From the NCBI GenBank assembly GCA_964639185.1, contig CAZXCN010000004.1:174-64173 (forward strand): a stretch of DNA of 64,000 bases. Reading direction: 5' to 3'. The notes below the pieces were generated by a model. It had not been told where the DNA came from. It did no database searches and saw nothing but the letters and a program-made list of their open reading frames with translations. This stretch comes from an uncultured Candidatus Saccharibacteria bacterium. GTDB lineage: Bacteria > Patescibacteriota > Minisyncoccia > Phycocordibacterales > UBA9973. The position numbers and the translations under genes are program-made. Positions 58,697 through 64,000 of this stretch are shown piece by piece; the stretch's first letter is position 1; each line of letters starts with the position of its first letter.

Positions 58697-59704
58697 CTAT
58701 TTATCCTCTTCCCCTTTTTCCTCATCAGTGTGACCATGAGCATCTACCTCATAAGCAGTATTTTGTGCTTCAAAGAAATTGACCAATTCATATACATCAG
58801 TAGATGTAGCCATCCATTTTGCAGGATTAGATACGTTGTATTGTGGAGGCATACCGAGCTCTTCGAGTCTACGGTCGGCAACGTATTTTACATATTGATT
58901 CACGTATTCAGCGTTCAACCCTAGAATTCCATTTGGGAAAAGATCTTTGTTATAAGCTGTTTCCAACTCTACCCCCTCTATTACAATATTTCGCAATTCA
59001 TCAGCAAATTCAGGAGTTAGTAATTCAGGATTCTCTTCAAGGATATTTAAAATTAGATTAATTCCAAATTTTAAATGCAAAGATTCATCACGCAAAACCC
59101 AGTTTAACATTGATCCGAAATTACGAAGCTTGTTACGTTGACGGAATGAAAATATAACCATGAATCCAGAATAGAACCAAACACCTTCCATAACTATATT
59201 TGTTGCTACTAGGTTACGAATAAATTCTTTTTTACCTTCAGCTGTTTCCACGTCTAGAGTAACTTCAGTCATACGCTTTAAGTATTTATTTATATAGTCC
59301 TCTTTTGCAATCATTGATGGTGTTACTGTATGGACTTTATATACCTCTTCACGATCCATGGGAAATGTTTCTAATACGTACTCAAAAGCTACGCAATGAT
59401 TGGCTTCTTCCCACATTTGTTTTGCTATATACAAATGACACTCTGGTGATTTCAGGTACGGGTACACACCCAAAGCAAGTGAACGGTTCACAATTAATTC
59501 GGCTGGATTAAAGAATGCCATTAAAAATTTTACAGCATGGCGTTCATCCTCAGTCATTTCATTCCAATCCTTTATATCTTCCCCTAGTGGTATTTCATGA
59601 GGGAACCAAGTATTGCGTACTGCTTGGTTATACAATTCATAAGCCCATTTGTATTTCATTGGGTGGAGTGATGTGTCTTTTGGTTCTGGTTTTCCTAATA
59701 ACAT
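58697..59704 (-). CDS. nrdB: Ribonucleotide reductase beta subunit with class Ic signature
   Basis: EEANH, MEGVWFYSGF, RDESLH and NFFE..TAY; first ligand Glu, Phe at the radical position. Confidence 0.93.
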   Translation of the reverse strand: MLLGKPEPKDTSLHPMKYKWAYELYNQAVRNTWFPHEIPLGEDIKDWNEMTEDERHAVKFLMAFFNPAELIVNRSLALGVYPYLKSPECHLYIAKQMWEEANHCVAFEYVLETFPMDREEVYKVHTVTPSMIAKEDYINKYLKRMTEVTLDVETAEGKKEFIRNLVATNIVMEGVWFYSGFMVIFSFRQRNKLRNFGSMLNWVLRDESLHLKFGINLILNILEENPELLTPEFADELRNIVIEGVELETAYNKDLFPNGILGLNAEYVNQYVKYVADRRLEELGMPPQYNVSNPAKWMATSTDVYELVNFFEAQNTAYEVDAHGHTDEEKGEEDK

Positions 59705-59738
59705 ATATAATTCTTGTTTTTTAATTCTTAATTAATTT

Positions 59739-62381
59739 CTACTGGCACCCTTCACAAATCAATGCATCTTGTGGATCTACTGGCCCATGAACTACGAGGC
59801 TCTCTTGCATTCTTCTCGGGGGATTTTGTGTTTGAGGGTTATTCGTCTGAGTTGCTGGCTTTACTTGATTTAAATTCTTTTTTTCTTCAACTTTTACTTC
59901 ATTTTTCTCAACAACATTTTCAATTTTAACCTCAGGAATAATTACTTTTTCAACTTTCTTTACCTCTGGTATTGGTTGAGTATTTACTGTTGGTTGTTTA
60001 TTAAAAACAGAAGCGAAACCTACCTTGCCCAAAGCTGTGCTCTTATTTACTTTTGTTGTAGACTGTTCAGCAGAATGTTTTGGCTTTACATGCAAATAGT
60101 AAGTAGTCTTCAAACCTTTCTCCCAAGCATTACTATAGATATCAATAACTTGATTTACATTTTGCACATCTAAATACATATTACGAGATATTGCTTGGTC
60201 AACCCATTTCTGAGCACGTGCTGCTACCTCAATGAAAGCATACGGTGATGTTATGAATGATGTTTTATAGATCTTCTTTATATTTTCTGGAATATTATCC
60301 ATATGTTCCAAACTACCATGACTCATCAATAGTTCCTCTCTATTCCCTTCCCAAAGACCTAAAGCTTTCAGATCATGAACTAGGTTTGGATTTACTTCGA
60401 GGTATTTACCAGAAATCTTGTTACGAGAAAACATTTGCGCGAATCTAGGGTCAATACCAGGTGAAGTTCCTGCTACTAATCCAATATTTGCATTCGGTGC
60501 AATAGCCATAACTGTTGCATTACGCACACCTTTGCGAACCTTTTTACGAAGCTCATCCCAATCAAGCTCAGGAATCATCTTTATACTGCCAGTCATTACT
60601 GACAATTTTTCCTCACGAGAATCTTCAAGAATTTTTAATGTATCTATTGGCACCATACCCTTTGACCATCCTGAGCCTTGGAAATTTTTATAAGCACCAC
60701 GCTCGGATGCTAATTTTGCGCTTTCATCTATTGCCATATATGAAATAAATTCAAAAACTTTATCAGTTAAGTCATAAGCCTCTTGATCCTCATATGAATA
60801 ACCCATCTTTTCAAATGTATCTGCCAATCCCATAAGACCCAAGCCTACAGCACGATTCTCGGCATCAGCTTTGATTGCTTCGGCAATTGGTAATTTATTC
60901 ACATCAATAAGGTTATCGAGCTGGCGAATAGATAGGCGTGCTGATTCTTCGAGCCTTGCCCAATCTATCTGCTTGCCTACTACGTGTTGAGGAAGGTTGA
61001 TAGATACCAAGTTACAAACAGCTATATTTTCTTTGTTTTGAGGAAGAGTAACTTCAGTACATAGATTCGAAGCATGTATAGTACCAGTGTTATTATTGAG
61101 CGCACGCACATTGATAGTATCCTTCCATGTTAGCCATGGGTGTGATGTTGTTTGCAATGACACGAGGATATTTTTATATTGCTGACGAGCTGGTAGCTTC
61201 CTCCACATTTTCAATTCACCCTTCTCTGCCATATCTACATATTCCTTGTAACGCTTGGAAAATTCATGCCCATATAACTCAACTAGGTCAGAAACTTCAT
61301 TCGGATCAAATAAGTACCAATCCATATCCATCTTTACACGCATCATGAATTCATCAGATATATACACAGCAGTGTTTGCTGTACGAGTACGACGATAATC
61401 ATCTCCGGCATTTTGCTTCAAATCGATGAAATCTTGAAAATCTAAGTGCCAATTCTCCATATAGAAACATAGGGCACCCTTCTTCTTTCCACCACGCTGA
61501 ACAGCACGTACTGCTGAGTCAATAATGTGCATAAATGGAACTGGTCCTGAAGATACAGTATTGTTAGACTTTAATACTGAACCATTAGCACGAAGCTTTG
61601 TAACTGATAGCCCAATACCTCCTGTTGCCTTTGAAAGCATTAAGACATCTGAAACTGTTTTACCAATATGAGCCATATCATCCTCTATTTGCATCAAATA
61701 ACAGTTAGAGAGTGATGGGCGTGTAGTACCTGCACCAATATTTGTAGATCCAGCAGAAAGGTATTCAAGACGTGACATTTTGTCGTAGAATTTCATAGCC
61801 CATTCTGTTGGATTCTTTTCCTTTAGTGACATGCCCATAGCAACACGCATCCAGAAGTATTGAGGTGTCTCAAGTGGCTTTTGATTTTTGTCCTTTATAA
61901 GATAACGGTCACGCATAGTAGATACACCAGAATATTTATATAATTCATCGCGCTCTACTTTTAAATATTTACCTAGGTCATCAAGATCAAATAGTGAATC
62001 TAAACGCTTGTCCAAAAGGCCAAGCTCTACACCAAGACGAATATAATGCTTGAAATGTCCTTTATGCATTGTTGCCAATTCTTCTTTTGTCTCAAAGTCA
62101 CCCAATACTGCCTTGTAGATTGTTTTCATGAACAGACGTGTAGCTATTTTGTCGAATTCTAGGTCCTCTTGGGCGTTCTGTAATGATGCATTTATAGTAG
62201 CCTGATCCAATTCTTCAGTAGTAATGCCATCATATAGTGTTAGACGAGTTTCTGAAGCGATTTGAGTCACTTTTGAAACAGGATCCGTCAATCCGTAACA
62301 AGCTCTTTCGATAGACTTGTTAATACGGTCGGCATTAAAAGATTCGCGTGATCCATTACGTTTTGTGATTGTTATACTCAT
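59739..62381 (-). CDS. nrdA: Ribonucleotide reductase class I alpha subunit with ATP cone
   Basis: ITKRNG ATP cone, SNCY, SNLCTE, LKTTYY and C-terminal CEGCQ. Confidence 0.97.
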   Translation of the reverse strand: MSITITKRNGSRESFNADRINKSIERACYGLTDPVSKVTQIASETRLTLYDGITTEELDQATINASLQNAQEDLEFDKIATRLFMKTIYKAVLGDFETKEELATMHKGHFKHYIRLGVELGLLDKRLDSLFDLDDLGKYLKVERDELYKYSGVSTMRDRYLIKDKNQKPLETPQYFWMRVAMGMSLKEKNPTEWAMKFYDKMSRLEYLSAGSTNIGAGTTRPSLSNCYLMQIEDDMAHIGKTVSDVLMLSKATGGIGLSVTKLRANGSVLKSNNTVSSGPVPFMHIIDSAVRAVQRGGKKKGALCFYMENWHLDFQDFIDLKQNAGDDYRRTRTANTAVYISDEFMMRVKMDMDWYLFDPNEVSDLVELYGHEFSKRYKEYVDMAEKGELKMWRKLPARQQYKNILVSLQTTSHPWLTWKDTINVRALNNNTGTIHASNLCTEVTLPQNKENIAVCNLVSINLPQHVVGKQIDWARLEESARLSIRQLDNLIDVNKLPIAEAIKADAENRAVGLGLMGLADTFEKMGYSYEDQEAYDLTDKVFEFISYMAIDESAKLASERGAYKNFQGSGWSKGMVPIDTLKILEDSREEKLSVMTGSIKMIPELDWDELRKKVRKGVRNATVMAIAPNANIGLVAGTSPGIDPRFAQMFSRNKISGKYLEVNPNLVHDLKALGLWEGNREELLMSHGSLEHMDNIPENIKKIYKTSFITSPYAFIEVAARAQKWVDQAISRNMYLDVQNVNQVIDIYSNAWEKGLKTTYYLHVKPKHSAEQSTTKVNKSTALGKVGFASVFNKQPTVNTQPIPEVKKVEKVIIPEVKIENVVEKNEVKVEEKKNLNQVKPATQTNNPQTQNPPRRMQESLVVHGPVDPQDALICEGCQ

Positions 62382-62587
62382 GGCAAAAATTGGTTAAGTT
62401 AGGCTAATAAATTTGAAAAATTTTTATTCGGGAGTACATTATACCCCCGAGCACGAACCCCCAGCAAGTGCAAAAACTATAAACACAACACTATGAAAAT
62501 TAAGTGTTAACTCGTCAACACTTACAGAAATTTTCCTAAAAAAAACCTTGCCTACTAGCGTATTTCTAATACAAGAAAACATAAAAA

Positions 62588-62624
62588 ATCCCCACCCAAA
62601 AAATGTAATTTTTTGGGTGGGGAT
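62588..62624 (-). terminator. Terminator hairpin after the Cys-rich gene
   Basis: ATCCCCACCCAAAAAAT..ATTTTTTGGGTGGGGAT. Confidence 0.75.
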
Positions 62625-62675
62625 AACCTCTCTTTTGCATTTCCCTACTACTTCCTACCTACTACTTTCTACTTG

Positions 62676-64000
62676 CTAGAGTACTTCTTGCTGATAACAT
62701 TTTTCGCAATACACCAACTCTTGCCTATCTGGCGTATATGATGTTTCAAATTCTGTACCACAATTATTGGAACATTTTCTTTTATACAACTTGGGCATAC
62801 GAACATAAGAAAGTCTTTCATAATGCCTACAATTTGGGCATGAATTTGGTAAAGATATATTATGATTTTTATAAAATTCTAATTCTTCTTTCGTGATTTT
62901 AAAAACACCAACACACCTATGACTTTTACATATATTATTATGTGCACATTCTAAAACTTCATCAATAATTGAATCTGAGGTTTTATCTGGAATTCCATCT
63001 TTTGTTAAAGTAGGATTATATTTATTAACTACAGGCTCTCTATATAGGTATCCTGATTCTATAATTTCTTCTCTTATCAAAGGAAAAAATTCTTGAGCCG
63101 CAGATTCATTATAGGCAAAAGCCATACAAATTTGTGGAAAATATTCACCGTATCTATAGATTATTCCTTTTTCATCTACATAAGGCATATCCATCATATG
63201 ATGTCTTATTTTTTTTACTATTTCAAAATATTCTTCTTTTGTATGCTGTTTATTTAAAATACAATACTTATTGCTTTGTAAACTAACACAACCAAAAGTA
63301 TCTTGTACGTTTAAGCAAAAATCAGTATATTCACTATTTACAGTTCCATTACCAATAGAAACAAAATGTGAATTAGTTGATCCTTTTGCCCCACCATGAA
63401 CTTCATACAAAAGTTCTCCTGACAAACTTCCAAATACATCATAAGAATCTTTTAGACCAACTGTCCGCATAACAAATTTACAATTTTCACTTTCTGTTGA
63501 ATGAAAAGACTTATTTACATTATTTGATCTAACAACATTATCCCCTGTTGAATTATTAGACCCCGTTAAATTAGCAAATTTATGAATCGAATTTTTAAAT
63601 AAATCTGAAAATTCATTTTTTAAATTAAAAACACTAGATAATGAGCTAAAGTCAATTTTATTAATCTCATTTTTATATTCTTCTTTTGTTAATTGTTTGT
63701 TTCTGAAAAAATATTGCTTATTCCTTACATTTGAAGACATAAAACAATCTACACAATTAACGCAATCATATAGAAAATTTGAACTAACACAATCTCTACA
63801 ATCTATCAAATAAGATGAATTTGAGCTTTTACTTGTTTGAATACAAGAATAACAATACTGGCAATCAATTATATTATAACAATCCATACAATCATTACAT
63901 CGATCAGCGCTACGAGTATAATAAATCCAATTAGAATCAGTAGTTGTAAAAGATAGATAAATATCTTTTGAATTTAATATATAGTTACCATAATCACAAT
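62676..64000 (-). CDS. Second CPR-type Cys-rich repeat protein, 5'-truncated by the window edge
   Basis: Frame open to the window end; same YGE.FP and VYCEKCYQQEV architecture as 38288..39985. Confidence 0.8.
   Translation of the reverse strand, partial: CDYGNYILNSKDIYLSFTTTDSNWIYYTRSADRCNDCMDCYNIIDCQYCYSCIQTSKSSNSSYLIDCRDCVSSNFLYDCVNCVDCFMSSNVRNKQYFFRNKQLTKEEYKNEINKIDFSSLSSVFNLKNEFSDLFKNSIHKFANLTGSNNSTGDNVVRSNNVNKSFHSTESENCKFVMRTVGLKDSYDVFGSLSGELLYEVHGGAKGSTNSHFVSIGNGTVNSEYTDFCLNVQDTFGCVSLQSNKYCILNKQHTKEEYFEIVKKIRHHMMDMPYVDEKGIIYRYGEYFPQICMAFAYNESAAQEFFPLIREEIIESGYLYREPVVNKYNPTLTKDGIPDKTSDSIIDEVLECAHNNICKSHRCVGVFKITKEELEFYKNHNISLPNSCPNCRHYERLSYVRMPKLYKRKCSNNCGTEFETSYTPDRQELVYCEKCYQQEVL

Noticed and set aside
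62645-62674. CTACTACTT-like short tandem repeat
   Set aside because: Too short and degenerate to assign a function

Overview
AT-rich 64-kb chromosomal segment from a Patescibacteria/CPR bacterium, most likely Parcubacteria. This assignment is inferred from rplK lacking a downstream rplA, an alpha2-type GlyRS, a type-2 IleRS, CPR-typical Cys-rich proteins and no obvious Shine-Dalgarno motifs; standard code 11 fits. The left end is a surface-glycosylation locus (GT2s, GT11 fucosyltransferase, gmd/fcl, Wzy_C ligase) behind a Thr-rich S-layer-like gene. The rest is housekeeping genes (ftsK, recA, efp, rpsF-ssb-rpsR, metG, glyS, recO, ileS, argS, tmk, glyA, thyA-folA-dcd, secE-nusG-rplK, pyrC/pyrD, nrdAB) interrupted by AT-rich accessory genes. 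No rRNA, tRNA, CRISPR or transposase was recognised. The most interesting signals are not in the ORF track. (1) Three unannotated leaderless 25-26 aa leader peptides each have a complete 1:2/2:3/3:4 transcription attenuator; one is a Met-Met-Met leader upstream of a DUF62 SAM-cleaving enzyme, a candidate methionine-sensing attenuator. (2) An HTH gene next to ftsK carries about 17 copies of a TGTCY motif in its own promoter and coding sequence, in all frames. (3) A ~540-nt structured S-layer leader has an rrn-like boxB-boxA. (4) Palindromic elements are inserted in-frame in ileS and inside its ultrashort Ile T-box. (5) The ribonucleotide reductase has class Ic signatures. All calls come from reading the sequence by eye; no database searches or folding programs were run.
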